The notes beneath the pieces were generated by a model. The model was not told the origin of the DNA. It searched no databases and worked only from the letters and a program-made list of their open reading frames with translations. Made by a program: the position numbers and the translations under genes. This document shows, piece after piece, positions 1 through 12,083 of a stretch of DNA of 64,000 bases. Each line of letters begins with the position of its first letter. Positions within the stretch are counted from its first letter, which is position 1. The DNA is from Squalus acanthias. Its lineage: Eukaryota. The stretch spans positions 26,600,001 through 26,664,000 of the forward strand of contig CM059432.1 in assembly GCA_030390025.1 (NCBI GenBank). Direction: 5' to 3'.

Positions 1-812
1 TCTAACTGTAATTTTCAGACATGAATTGGCACTTTGTGGAGCTGTGTAAATTGTGATTTTTAACGTACAATGCAATGCAACAACTTGGCTCAGATGCAAT
101 AAGATTTACTGGAGCGTGTTAAGGCAGTGGTTCAACCAAAGAAAAAATGAAGTTTGTTGATTTTCATGGATATGATATAATCAAGAGATGGGTTTTATCA
201 TATTTCACAACTTTTTCTAAAATAGTTTACCCACAGTGCTGCATCTTATTGAATTTCCAGAGATATTGCTGATGCAACTAGTCTGAATCTGATACATCAT
301 GGGAGAGGATAGGATTGGATAGGCTATAAGCATTAAGGAAGGACCATCCCAAAAATGTCAACAGCAGAAGGTAGTAGGAAGTCCCTGACATATTATTCAT
401 AAATTCAGGAGTAGAAGATCACGAAAGGTTTGGTTATCTTCCATTTGGCCAGGTTCCTGCAAAGATTTTATGACTCATGTGATCTTCCAATATCCTTGAG
501 ATTCCAACAATAAAAATGAGCTCTTTCCCGTTCTAGATCTGTACGTGGCTCACTAGGGATCTTGTTAGCCGTCTGCATCTCTCGCAGATGTGTACTCAAG
601 TAATGAGTCATCTCTCTTAATCTGAGGATCCTTGAGGCGTACTTTTATCCCTTTCCTTTGGGATCAAGACCCATACCACAAATGCTCCACTTGGTAGACA
701 AGTGCTGGCAATTGATTGCATTGAAACTGGAGAATATCAAACAATGACCCTTATAATCCCATCATTCAGGGTGGATTGATGATAGGCTAGTGCCTGCTAG
801 TCGAGATAGCAC

Positions 813-1790
813 TATGGAATATTTTACATCCACCTGAGAGAGCAGACAAGGCCTCGGTTTAACATCTCATCCGAAAGACGATGGCCCAGAAATTCGGCCG
901 AATACGGGAGAGTACGCACTGTGTACTCACCCGTATTCGGTCCCGAAGTGCTGGTTTTCTGCATGCACTGCGCATGCGCGGGAAACCGGCACTTCCGATA
1001 TTGCGAAGGGGGCGGTTCCTAAGTGAACCGCGTGCGCACTACAGGCTGTGCGCACGCAGCACACTTAGGTTTTTTTTCAGGTTTGAACGCGAGGGTAAGT
1101 ATGGAAGATTTTACACATGAAAAAAGGAGGCGTAAGACCCCCTTTTAACAAGGTAAGTAGTTAATTAAGTATTATTTTAATTTTTTTTCAACAGGTTTAT
1201 CTTTTTTAGAGACTTTAAAGAAAGGTAAGTTTATTTTTATAACTTTTAAAAAGAATTTAAATTTTTGCAAGAATTAAAATTTTTGTTTAAAGTGGTTAAT
1301 TTATTTAACTATAGTTATTTTATTAATGTGATGGTTTTTTTGAAATTTAATTGAGGTTTAGCTGTTCTTTTGGGGGCAATTTGTATTCATAGTTTTGACA
1401 GTTCTCCTGTCAAAACTATGAATGAAAGATGGTGTGCTGCCATTGGCTCTCCATGACCCACGTGATCCCAAAGGTCGCATCGAACTAACTGCGCCTCTGG
1501 GACACGCACACACTGCCCGCCGGCACCAGGGAGAGGCCCGGGACCCGAAGTTCGTGTGGGCCCAAAATAGAACGGCAGGCGCGGTAGGTAAGATCACGCG
1601 CGATCCTTACCCCCGCGGCAAGCCGGAGAGGCCAATTTCTGGGCTGATATGTCCAACAGTGCAGCACTCTCTCAGTGCAGCACTGGAGTGTCAGCCGAGA
1701 TTATGTGCTCAAGTGTCTGAAATGGCACTTGAACTCATAACTTCCTGACTCAGAAGAGAGAGTGCTACTTACTGAGCCACAGCTGATACT
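813..1790 (-). mobile_element. Deu-domain tRNA-derived SINE fragment, split by the MITE at 883-1645
   Basis: 813-882 and 1646-1790 are collinear with the complete SINE copies at 22843-23313 and 51684-52150 (ttttacatccacctgagagagcagac...ctcatccgaaagac | cagtgcagcact...tgagccacagctga). Confidence 0.75.
883..1645. mobile_element. Non-autonomous PIF/Harbinger-like MITE
   Basis: Termini GGCCCAGAAATT / AATTTCTGGGCT with a 3-bp TSD GAT on both sides; interrupts a SINE. Confidence 0.75.
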
Positions 1791-2040
1791 CCACCCACCC
1801 ATGCAGGCTAACCAGAAATAAAGCTGGAAATTGTGGCTTTTACATTTTTATCTGTTGTTGCTCATTGCTGTGGAATCTGCCCGCCCCCCACTGCCCACCC
1901 CACCACCCCCCCGCACACCCCCCCCGCACACCCCAAGTAAATGGGATGAATTCCACAGCACTAGGATTCCAAAATACTACAGAAAAACCTCTGTAGCTTT
2001 TAACTGAAATGCTTTGGCTCTTGTAGAAATTAAAGATTTG

Positions 2041-2619
2041 GGGGGGAAAATTTGGTTGATTTGCGCCTCCCGTTTGCGCTCTCGCCATGCGCAGCGCCCC
2101 GCTATGTCTGACAGGTTCTGGGGGACGTACGTGCGGCCGGGGCGGCGCAAATTAAAGGGGAGGTGCTGGACGGCCATTTTTGTTGCTGGCTGCCTGCCAG
2201 CACCTGTCCCCGTTGCTGTCCCCGGCTTCCTGTGCAGCCCCCCGCGGGGTGCCGGCTGCACAACGTGAGCCTGGCAGTCCTCTTGAGTGCTGGGCTCTTT
2301 TGCCGGCACTCTGATCCCTGGTGGCCCAGCTGGGCCCCGGGTCATGCTGCGCTAGGCCCCTCCCCTTTAATAAGGGGAGCAAGGCCTGCAGTACCGCGGC
2401 GCGATGTGCTGGAGCGCATGGCGCTGTGGCACATAGCACCGCGAAATTCACTCGCAGCGCTCCAAGAGGGAGGTGGGGCGCTTCCAGTAGCGCCCCATCT
2501 CCCTCTTGGGGCGCTACCAGTGAATTCCGGGCACGGGGGCGCTAACTTTTTCGGGGCGGTTCAAGTAGCGCCCCGGCGAAGTTAGCACCCCTAAGGGGGC
2601 GTGACCCAATTTTGCCCCC
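2041..2619. mobile_element. Non-autonomous PIF/Harbinger-like MITE
   Basis: Termini GGGGGGAAAATT / AATTTTGCCCCC, TSD TTG/TTG, repeated subterminal (T)AGCGCCCC motifs. Confidence 0.75.
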
Positions 2620-2639
2620 TTGGTGCCCTGATGGCTCAC

Positions 2640-3440
2640 AAGGGCATGATAGTGTAGTGGTTACATTACTGAACTAGTTAATCCAGAGAATGCGAGTTCA
2701 AATTCCACTGTGGTAGTTTGTGGATTTGAATTCAGTATTTTAAAAGCTGGTATCAGTAAAAGTGACCATGAAGCTGTCGGATTATCGTTAAAAACCCGGC
2801 TGGTTCATTAATTTCCTTTGAGGTTGGAAACCTGCTGTCCTGACTGAACTGGCCCATATAGTGGTTCGCCAACTCTGGTTGAGTGTATTCCTGGAGGTTT
2901 CATCACATGACTTCCTGCCTCCGACTGCTCCGCCCCCACGTTCCCGCCATTGGTTACCCGAGCCGTCCATCCTCACGGCCTTCCCTCGCCAATTGGAAAG
3001 CGAACAGACTCGGCATTCACCGATTGGATGATTCTTGACTGTCAGTCAAGCAGCCTTTATACCCATCTCCAATATTTTTTATAATTCATAAACAGAAGTG
3101 TTCAAAGCAAATGAAAAAAACACTTTTCTTTCACTGCCCCTATAATTTTCTCCAGGGTTGCTCGCAGCAGTGTCCTGGAGATTAATCTTCAATTCCTGGA
3201 GACTCCAAGCCAATCCTGGAGGGTCAGAAACCCTACCTATATGTGACTACAGTCCCACACCAATGTGGTTGACTCTTAAATGGCCTCCAAAGTGGCCTAG
3301 CAAGCCACTCAGTTGTATCAAACTGTTACAAAGAATAAGACTGCAGTGGTTCAAGAAGGAGGCCCACCACCACCTGCTCAGGGCAACTAGGGATGTACAG
3401 TAGATGTTGGCCTTGCCAGCAATGTCCACATCTGAATTTT
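2640..3440 (+). mobile_element. tRNA-headed bipartite SINE (5' and 3' ends match the single-ORF LINE at 16826-20048); interrupted at 2859-3235
   Basis: Box A-like TAGTGTAGTGG (~2650) and box B GAGTTCAAATTCC (~2694). The body matches 16826-17100 and the tail (agactgcagtggttcaagaagg...agggcaactagggatg...ggccttgccagc) matches 19929-20030. Confidence 0.8.
2859..3235. mobile_element. Non-autonomous hAT-like DNA transposon
   Basis: Degenerate TAGGGTTGCCAAC-type termini (tagtggttcgccaac ... gtcagaaacccta), repeated CCTGGAG motifs, flanks cccata/cctata; cleanly interrupts the SINE. Confidence 0.6.
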
Positions 3441-4546
3441 TAAAAATGGATTGTTCCAATTTGTTATGAGCCATACAGACTAGAAAGAGCCTATGTCCAT
3501 TCCCAGTCGCTACTAATCTCAGCCATGGCAGTGGTAGAATTGTAAAGACTGCAATTAGTCTCCATGCTACTGGGCTAGAGAGAGGAAAAGATATCATTTG
3601 GAATGTCTGTTCCTGATTTCCCTCCAAGTGACGTCTGCTGTAAATTGGGCCTGGGTGTATATCAAAATCAAGCTCAACTGTAATGCCCCTCTCCCCATGG
3701 TGGAATAACCCACAGGCACTCACTGTCTGGGCTCACACATGAAGAATGGCTACTTGAACAAGGTGTCAGAGAGCTACTGTGGTTTGGTACCCAGCGTGAG
3801 TCAGCACCTTCAGGAGAGGAGGGAGAAAATTGGACAGACAGAGAAATTGAGCTATTCAGCATGAATCCTTTCCACATCACTGCCAAGGGATGCAAAGCAT
3901 CAAAATTCAATCCTAACTGAAAATTAAATAATTCCGGATTTATTTATAGAATGAGCGCATTTTTCATTTATTATTGAAAAAGTCTGTCTGTTAAAACTGC
4001 TAGCTGCAGTTCATTTTTAGTTCTGATGCTTTCGGGCTAAAAGTCTGTTGTCTCTGCTCTGTCTGCTAATGACTCTCCGGCAGTCCCAGGATAATACTGT
4101 TCCTGGATTAGTCCAGGAGCTGTGCATTCTCTGCTCTCCGTTTAGTACATTAACATTGATTATTTGGAAATGCCGCAGTATCCCAGCGAGTTGCAGAGGA
4201 TCTGCTTAATGCATTCAGCAATAACACTGGGCTTGTTTAGACAGGAGGAGGTAAATTAATAGCGTACTTGCAGTGACAAAAAGCGCCACCTTCTATTGTT
4301 AATGTATTTATTATCGATGTGACGAGATAACACACGTATTCTCAGCTTTACTTAACACAAAACATTCATTCTCACAGGGTGCATAGATTTATGAGCTGTT
4401 TTGAGTCCAGAGGGGAAAGGATCTGGGTTAAACAGAAATAAAAGTGGGTCATTTGTATAATGTGGTCTGAGTTCCCTAACTTCAGCAAATGTCAATGTCT
4501 CATCTTGGTTTGTGTACTTAATTTACAGATATTTCATTAATAATCA

Positions 4547-4995
4547 GTATCAGCTGTGTCTCAGTGGGTAGCACACTCGCCTCTGAGTCAGTTGATTTTG
4601 GGTTCAAGTCCCACTCCAGGGATTCGAGCGCATAAATCTAGGCTGACACTCCAGTGCAGTGCTGAGGGAATGCTGCACTGTCAGCGGTGCCGTCTTTCAG
4701 ATGAGATGTTAAGCCGAGGCCTCTCAGGTGGACGTAAAAGATCCCAAGGGACTATTTCAAAGAAGAGTAGGGGAGTTATCCCTGGTGTCCTGGCCAATCC
4801 ACATAACAAAAACAGATTATCTGGTCATTATCACATTGCTGTTTGTGGGAGCTTGCTGTGCGCAAAATGGCTGCCACGTTTCCCACATTACAACAGTGAC
4901 TCCATTCCAAAAGTATTTCATTGGCTGTAAAGCGCTTTGAGATGTCTGGTGGTCCTGAAAGGCGCTATATAAATGTAAGTCATATTGTTTATTTT
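4547..4995 (+). mobile_element. Deu-domain tRNA-derived SINE (SacSINE1/AmnSINE-like)
   Basis: tRNA head (ctcagtgggtagcac...gggttcaagtccc), Deu-like core (gacgtaaaagatccca...gaagagtaggggagttatccctggtgtcctggcc), L2-type tail aaggcgctatataaatgtaag. Confidence 0.85.
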
Positions 4996-5231
4996 TATCT
5001 GACAAAGTTTCAATTAGACAAGCAGTTTAATGCAGCCAGAGGACTTAAGATGGAGTTCTGGTAGCAGAGGTTAAGCTGCTACATATTATGAAGATGAATT
5101 TTCGTTACAATTTCCAGTTTATCCGGGGTTTCCACCGACTTTGCGCCTAAGTTACAGTGGCCAATCAGGAACCCCTCCCCCCCACCCCCCTCCACACCGA
5201 GAAAATTCCAGTTATATATTCTTCACACCTA

Positions 5232-5858
5232 TGGGGCGCTAACCTCCCTAATTTTAACGCCCTGAAAAAGTTAGCGCCCCTACCCCGTAAATTCCCTACT
5301 GGAGGCGCTCCACCTCCTTCTTGGGACGTTACTACTCCATGTCGCGGCGCTATATGCATCCGTGCCATGCGCGGCTGCATGTAGAGCCACGTCATTGCAG
5401 GCCTCCTCCCCTGACTAAAGGGGAGGGGCCTAGCGCTGTGCGCACCGGGGCCCTGCCGGACCACCGGGGAGCAGGGTGCCGTGGAAACAGCCCGGCACTC
5501 AAGAGGAGTGCCGGGCTGGACGATCCCGGCCGGCACCCCGCATACAAAAGTAAAAGGGGGCCGGTGCTGGCAGTTGGCCAAAATAAAAATGACCGCCCGA
5601 CACCTGCCCTTTAAATTGCACCTCCGCCCGCTACGGCTGCTGCAATACCACTCCCTGATCCTGTCGCACATATCGCCTGGCGATAGGTCAGGGGGCGCAA
5701 GGGAAGTTTGCTGCCGGGGCGCAAATGGGGCGCTGCGCACGGCGATGACGTCATCATCGCCGGCGGAGCGGGCCGCTACCGGCTATCACCGGCGCTAACC
5801 TCCCACTTAATTTCACGGGGGATGTTAACGGCAGCACTCCCGGGCGCTAGGGCAATAT
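5232..5858. mobile_element. Harbinger-like MITE related to 2041-2619, opposite orientation
   Basis: Shares internal blocks (aaaatgaccgcccgacacctgccctttaaattgc) and GGCGCTAAC motifs with the reverse complement of 2041-2619. Termini are unclear. Confidence 0.6.
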
Positions 5859-5879
5859 ATCACACCTACAAATATATGC

Positions 5880-6145
5880 TGGATATCCGTAACATCGACG
5901 GTCTCTGCCCCTGCCTCAACCCATCTGCTACTGAAACCCTCATCCATGCTTTTCTTACCTCCAGACTTGACTATTCCAATGCTCTCCAGGCCAGACTCCC
6001 ACCTTCCATCCTCCATAAACTTCAGCTCATCCAAAACTCTGCTGCTCGTATCCAAACTCGCACCAAGTCCCGTTCACACATAACTCCTGCGCACGCTGAC
6101 CTACATTGGCTCCCGGTCCAGCAATGCCTCCAATTTAAAATTTAA
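5880..6145 (+). mobile_element. L2 LINE 3' coding fragment
   Basis: Translation ETLIHAFLTSRLDYSNAL...LQLIQNSAAR...HITP...LHWLPV is the typical L2 ORF2 C-terminus. Confidence 0.85.
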
Positions 6146-7298
6146 AATGATATATTTCTTCTGCAGTCCAGCCCCGGTAACACCTTTTTGCAGGATGAGT
6201 TTACGTAAAACATAGCCGACTGCAATAGTTTTGGACCCCTTTGCTTGGCTGTACTGCAGCATTCTCCCAGTCATCTGAATCTTTGCTCTAGGCTCCCAGT
6301 AGTGTGTTCGATCAAGACCCCGGTATTAGTGTGCACCTCATTATATCATTCATCTACTAAGTCCTTGGGTTCCTCAATGTGATGAGCAGCCATTGCTGCA
6401 GTGGATAACTTTGGCCCCTAATAGCCATCTATCCAGTCTTCCTGACTGTTTGAATAACGGAACCATGGATTTGCATGGAAATAGCCAGGGTAGCAGGAAT
6501 TAATGTGCATGAGTCAGTACCCGTGGGCACAGACCAGCTACACATTGTTGGAGCAAAGCCTCTTTCTGTTCATGAAAGAGTTAACGTTTAGTTTAGGAGG
6601 CTATAGGGCCACATAGGTGCCATCAATAACTTCCTGCACTTTGAGGAATCCAGCCAGATGGTAAAAGTGTAGGGCTCTCTCATGTTGCTGTGTGCAGGGA
6701 AATTGATGAATTGATAGGCCTGGACAAACAAGGCATCTGTGACCTGCATGATAAAAGGCAAGCATGGACCACAGACTGAACATCACAAAGCTTCATATCC
6801 AATAAAATACTGACCTACAAATTCAGTTCCGTAGCACCCGATTTTTCGGGTGCCATTTTGTGTCCATAATGGTGTCCCCTGCACACGCTCATACTTCTAG
6901 TGCAGGCTGCGTCAGACGCCATTTTGGTGAGGTCATTTGCGTCGGTGCAGGGAGAGTGTGCCGGAAGTATGAAGAGTACCCAGATCATGACGGCAATCAA
7001 CGTGCACCGTTGATTTGATGCCAGCGCTGCCATTTTCAACCTCAACGTTGGAGCTATCACCTGCTCTTAAACACGCACAGCTGAACATGCGTTCAGTAGC
7101 AGGAAGGATCCCCCACCAGAGCTATTTAAAGGGATCATCACCTGCTTTCAGGTTAGTTGCTGATTGATTTCTACTGGCTCTTGGTGAGTTTGTAGAGGTG
7201 TTTCTTGGTTTGGTGTCTTATTTGAAGTTGGTGAAGTGTCCAGGGAGTGGTGAGGCAGGTTACTTCAAGGCTTCTGCTCAGACCAGTTGCTCGCAGAC

Positions 7299-7825
7299 AT
7301 GGGTGCTGTAGTTTTTGTCCCCCTTGCCCTGCAGCATGATAGGGGGAATGAGCAGAGGCAACACAGAGGTCAAGCTGCTCAAAGAGGGAGGAGGGAAGAA
7401 GGGCTCTCAGTAGGAGGCCAGATGCACCCACGGTCTTCAGGGAGCAATTCTCCTATCTCAACCTCAGCGAGGAACAGTGTCTCCGCTTCACTAATGAGGT
7501 GCTCACTGAAATCTGCCACCTGTTGCAGGCAGACCTTTAGCCTCAGAGCAGGGTGAGGATGTCATTGCCAGTGGCTGTGAAGGTGAGCGTGGCCATAAAC
7601 TTTTATGCGTCGGGCTCCATCCAGGCTGGAGCAGGCGACATTTGCAACATCTCACAGTTCGCCATTCACCATTACATAAGGGAGGTCACTGAGGCTCTGT
7701 ATGCAAAGAGAGGTGAATACATTTCATTCTCCCTTGCCAGAGAAAAGCAGGCAGAGCGATCACGTGGCTTCGCTAGGATAGCAGGCTTCCCCATGGTGCA
7801 GGGTGCCATTGACTGCACACACATC
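7299..7825 (+). pseudogene. Harbinger DDE transposase, N-terminal half (disrupted)
   Basis: VAVKVSVAINFYASGSIQ...GDICNISQ...[20 protein letters not shown] is the HARBI1-type motif. Confidence 0.85.
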
Positions 7826-8420
7826 CTTTCCAGCATGGACATGGTGCACAGATCCATTAGCACACTTGTGGACCCAACCATGATGTAGCATCTGATGGCC
7901 GATGTCTAAGCTTCCATTGCAGCACAAGCAGAAGCCACCCAATGTCTGAGTGCTGCAGTGGAAACTCAGAATGAAGTCATGCAAGCTCAACTTGCTGCCA
8001 CGCAGGCACAGACTGCTGCCATCATGGCTGCGTTACCAGTGTTGAAAGGGGCTTGCAGGGTGTCACAGCAGTCCAGCAATCTGTCCTCCAACAGATTGCC
8101 AGGATTGCAGAGGCGCCTAGCCAGGGGAATGGTAGTGGCTCCGTGAAGCACAAATCTCAGGATGACAACATTCGTCCTCCCACCACTGCCTCTCTGTCAG
8201 TGCCCTTGCTGTTGCCTGTCAGCCAGCCAGCCCAGACTGCTGCCTCCCATGCTGAGGTGGTGCACTCTAAAGCCGGGCCTAATAGGCCCAGAGCTGCTTG
8301 AGGTCGGCCGGCAATGCCATCTGCAGTCTCCCCCGACTGAAGTTAGCAGCCATCCACCAGCCATGCTGCAGCTACTCGGGTTGCACTGCGTAACAGCACT
8401 ATGAGAGGCAAAGGCACACG
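7826..8420 (+). pseudogene. Harbinger Myb/SANT accessory protein, C-terminal remnant
   Basis: SQDDNIRPPTT...QPAQTAASHAEVVHS...RPRA aligns with the C-terminus of the 33598-34443 ORF. Confidence 0.7.
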
Positions 8421-8499
8421 CTGTGATGGTCTGTAACAGAAGGAAGGTAAGGTGTGGGACTGTGGCCGAATAGGGAAGTGGGGTTGTGTTCACTGGTAC

Positions 8500-8795
8500 T
8501 GCAGACGGAGCAGTTGATCACGGGCAGTCCGGCCAGAAAGGGGCTCTCTTAGTTGCCTCCTCCTTTCCTCCTCCTCAGCTCTTCGCCATAACCTGGTGAC
8601 AAGGGCTATACCCTCATGATGGCGAGGTTCTGCAGCATGCAGCAGACCACGACGAATCTTGAGATGTGCTCTTACGAGTACTGCAAAGCTCCGCCAGAGC
8701 GGTCCAGGCAGCAGAAATAGATCCCAATGGTCTGCTCGATCACATTCCATGTGGCAGCATGGCTTTCATTGGATGCATGCTGCCCAAGTGTGCTG
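8500..8795 (-). pseudogene. Harbinger transposase, C-terminal remnant
   Basis: The minus strand translates NESHAATWNVIEQTIG...CLDRSGGALQYS*EHISRFVVVCCMLQNLAI. Confidence 0.75.
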
Positions 8796-8799
8796 CTTA

Positions 8800-10980
8800 T
8801 TTAAAATTCGTTCCGGGATGTGGGCGTCGCTGGCAAAGCCAGCATTTATTGCCCATCCCTAGTTGCCTTGAGAAGGTGGTGGTGAGCCGCCTTCTTGAAC
8901 CGCTGCAGTCCGTGTGGTGAAGGTACTCCCACAGTGCTGTTAGGAAGGGAGTTCCAGGATTTTGACCCAGCGACGATGAAGGAACGGCGATATACTTCCA
9001 AGTCAGGATGGCCTGTGACTTGGAGGGGAACTTGGAGGTGGTGGTGTTCCCATGCGTCTGCTACTCTTGTCCTTCAAGGTGGAAGAGGTTGCGGGTTTGG
9101 GAGGTGCTGCCGTAGAAGTCTTGGCAGTTGCTGCAGTGCATCTTGTAGATGGTACACACTGCAGCCACGGTACACCTGTTGTGGAGGGAGTGAATGTTTA
9201 AGGTGGTGGATGGGGTGCGAATCAAGCGGGCTGCTTTGTCCTGGATGGTGTCAAGCTTCTTGAGTGTTGTTGAAGCTGCACTCATCCAGGCAAGTGGAGA
9301 GTATTCCAACACACTCCTTACTTGTGCCTTATAGATAGTGGAAAGACTTTGGGGAGTCAGGAGGTGAGACACTAGCCGCAGAATACCTAGCCTCTGACCT
9401 GCTCTTGTTGCCACAGTATTTATGTGGCTGGTCCAGTTAAGTTTCTGGTCAATGGTGACCCCCAGGATGTTGATGATGGAGTATTCAGCGATGGTAATGC
9501 CGTTGAATGTCAATGGGCGGTGGTTAGACTCTCGCTTGTTGGAGATAGTCATTGCCTGGCACTTGTGTGGCGTGAATGTTACCTGCCACTTATCAGCCCA
9601 AGCCTGAATGTCGTCCAGGTCTTGTTGCATGCGGGCATGGACTGCTTCATTATCTGAGGAGTTGTGAATGGCACTGAACACTGGGCAGTCATCAGCGAAC
9701 ATCCCCATTTCTGACCTTATGTTGGAGAGAAGGTCATTGATGAAGCAGCTGAAGATGGTTGGGCCTAGGATACTGCCCTGAGGAAGTCCTGTAGCGATAT
9801 CCTGGAGCTGTGATGATTGACCTCCAACCACCACAACCATCTTCCTTTGTTCTAGGTATGACTCCAGCCAGTGGAGAGTTTTCCCCCCAATTCCCATTGA
9901 CTTCAGTTTTACTAGGGCTCTTTGATGCCACACTCGGTCAAATGCTGCCTTGATGTCAAGGGCAGTCACTCTCACCTCACCTCTGGAATTCAGCTCCATA
10001 GTCCATGTTTGGACCAAGGCTGTAATGAGGGCGGGAGCCGAGTGATCCTGCCGGAACCCAAACTGGGCATCAGTGAGCAGGTTATTGGTGATTAAGTGCC
10101 GCTTGATAGCACTGTCGATGACACCTTCCATCACTTTGCTGATGATTGAGAGTAGACTGATGGGGAAGTAATTGGCCCGATTGGATTTGTCCTGCCTTTT
10201 GTGGACAGGACATACCTGGACAGTTTTCCACATTGTTGGATAGATGCCAGTGTTGGAGCACAAGTCTTCAGCACGACAGCCGGGATGTTGTTGGGGCCCA
10301 TAGCCTTTGCTCTATCCAGTGCCCTTAGCCGTTTCTTGATATCAGGTGGAGTGAATCGAATTGGCTGAAGTCTGGCTTCTGTGATAGTGGGGACCTCAGG
10401 AGGTGGCTGATATGGATCATCCACTCGGCACTTCTGGCTGAAGATGGTTACAAATGCTTCAGCCTTGTCTTTTGCACTGACGTGCTGTGCTCCACCATCA
10501 CTGAGATGGGATATTCATGAGCCTCCTCTCCCATTAGTTGTTTAATGGTCCACCACCATTCATGACTGGACTGCAGAGCTTTGATCTGATCCGTTGATTG
10601 TGGAATCTCTTAGCCCTGTCTATAGCATGCTGCTTCCTCTTTCTAGCATGCATGTAGTCCTGTGTTGCAGCTTCCCTAGGTTGGCTCCTCATTTTTAGGT
10701 ACGCCTGGTGCTGCTCCTGGCATGCTCTTCTATTGAACTAGGATTGCTCCCCTGGCTTGATGGTAATGGTAGAGTAAGTGATATGCCGGGCCATGAGTTA
10801 CAGATTGTGGTGGAATACAATTCTACTGCTGTTGATGGCCCACAGCGCCTCATGGATGCCCAGTTTTGAGCTGCTAGATCTGTTCTGAATCTATCCCATT
10901 TAGCATGGTGGTAGTGCGACACAACACGATGGAGGGTGTCCTCAGTGTGAAGACTGGACTTCGTCTCCACAATGACTGCT
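8800..10980 (-). mobile_element. 5'-truncated copy of the single-ORF CR1/L2-group LINE (RT domain)
   Basis: ORF 9061-10263 has RT motifs (LDIKAAFDRV, GLPQGSILGP, FADD); collinear with 17790-20040. Confidence 0.92.
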
Positions 10981-11299
10981 ACCAATGTTGTGCCTTCCTG
11001 TTTCCTTCCCAGGTCAAACTCACTCTGGAATGACTTCCAGCACTTGCTCTCATCATACTGCACCTCCCCTTTAAGAGGTGCAGGTTGGATTGAAGAAGTG
11101 CAGGCCAGCTTTAATTGGTGCTAGCTTTGCACGAACTTGGGCCCCTGCTAAGCATGCAACCACTCAGCAGTGCATTCAGTGCTGGGCTACAAGCTGCAAT
11201 CATGTAAATTAGCAGGCAGCTCAAAGTTTGTGTGCAGCCTGCATCGTGATCCTCGCACCCGTTTTCGGGCTTTATCCAATTTCTTGGCCACTTTTTGGC

Positions 11300-11665
11300 A
11301 AAATCAAATTACTGCGGATGCTGGAAATCTGAAATAAAAACAGAAAATGCTGGAAATACTCAACAGGTCGGGCAGCATCAGTGGAGATAGAAGCAGAGTT
11401 AGCATTTCAGATCGATGACCTTTCATCAGAACTTGAAAAAGTTAGGGATGTAACAGGTTTTCAGCAAGTACAGAGGCAGGGAAGGGGGGAGGGGAGGATA
11501 GGTCTGTGATAGGGTGGAAGGCAGGAGTGATTAAATGACTAAAGAGAGGCGAAAGGGAGTGGGACAAGAAAAGAAACAAAAGATGGGTCAAGAGGAACTG
11601 ACGATGACAAAAGCATTACCAGCACCTGCTGTCCACAAAAATGGGAGCAGTGGTTATGATCTGTT
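11300..11665 (-). mobile_element. Penelope-like element terminal fragment with a degenerate minimal hammerhead ribozyme (11397-11433)
   Basis: The minus strand reads agtt-CTGATGA-aaggtcatcgatct-GAAA-tgct-aact. The same family recurs as a fold-back at 12475-12577. Confidence 0.65.
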
Positions 11666-12083
11666 ACCAGCAACCAATTAGCACATAGCAGAGTCCTACA
11701 AACAGCAAAGGAGATGAATGACCAGTTAAACTGTTTTTAGTTGTGTAGGTCAAAGGACTAATGTTGGATATGTTTTATAATAATGATGTTGCTCTATGTA
11801 TGCATGTGGAACTACACTCATGTCCTGCTGTCACACTTACTTCCTATGTCACCATTTTGTCACACCCATGTCACGCTGTTGTCACACTTTCTCTGTCACA
11901 CCTGGATAATGCCTGGTCAGTTAAAAATCAATACTTACCATTACAATCACCTTTCAGCCCTCCTACTATAGGTTGCAAAGTTCCATCGCCAGTGTTTGGT
12001 CTTCTAAGTGGGTCTGTGACTTGGCTTTATTTATAACTTTAATTTTTACCTTAATTTTTCTGTTTCTAAATGTAAAATTTTAG

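Larger units (their letters stand above)
6812..11289. mobile_element. Degenerate, rearranged Harbinger transposon (contains a LINE insertion at ~8800-10980)
   Basis: Termini GACCTACAAATT / AATTTCTTGGCC with TSD ACT/ACT; internal transposase and Myb-protein remnants. Confidence 0.7.

Noticed and set aside
881..2585. Numerous 60-190-aa ORFs in GC-rich MITEs (also 5157-5798)
   Set aside because: Chance ORFs in GC-rich non-autonomous elements; no domain motifs.
4547..4625. tRNA genes at SINE heads (also 2640, 23240-23313, 52075-52150)
   Set aside because: These are degenerate tRNA-derived SINE heads continuous with SINE bodies, not intact cloverleaves.
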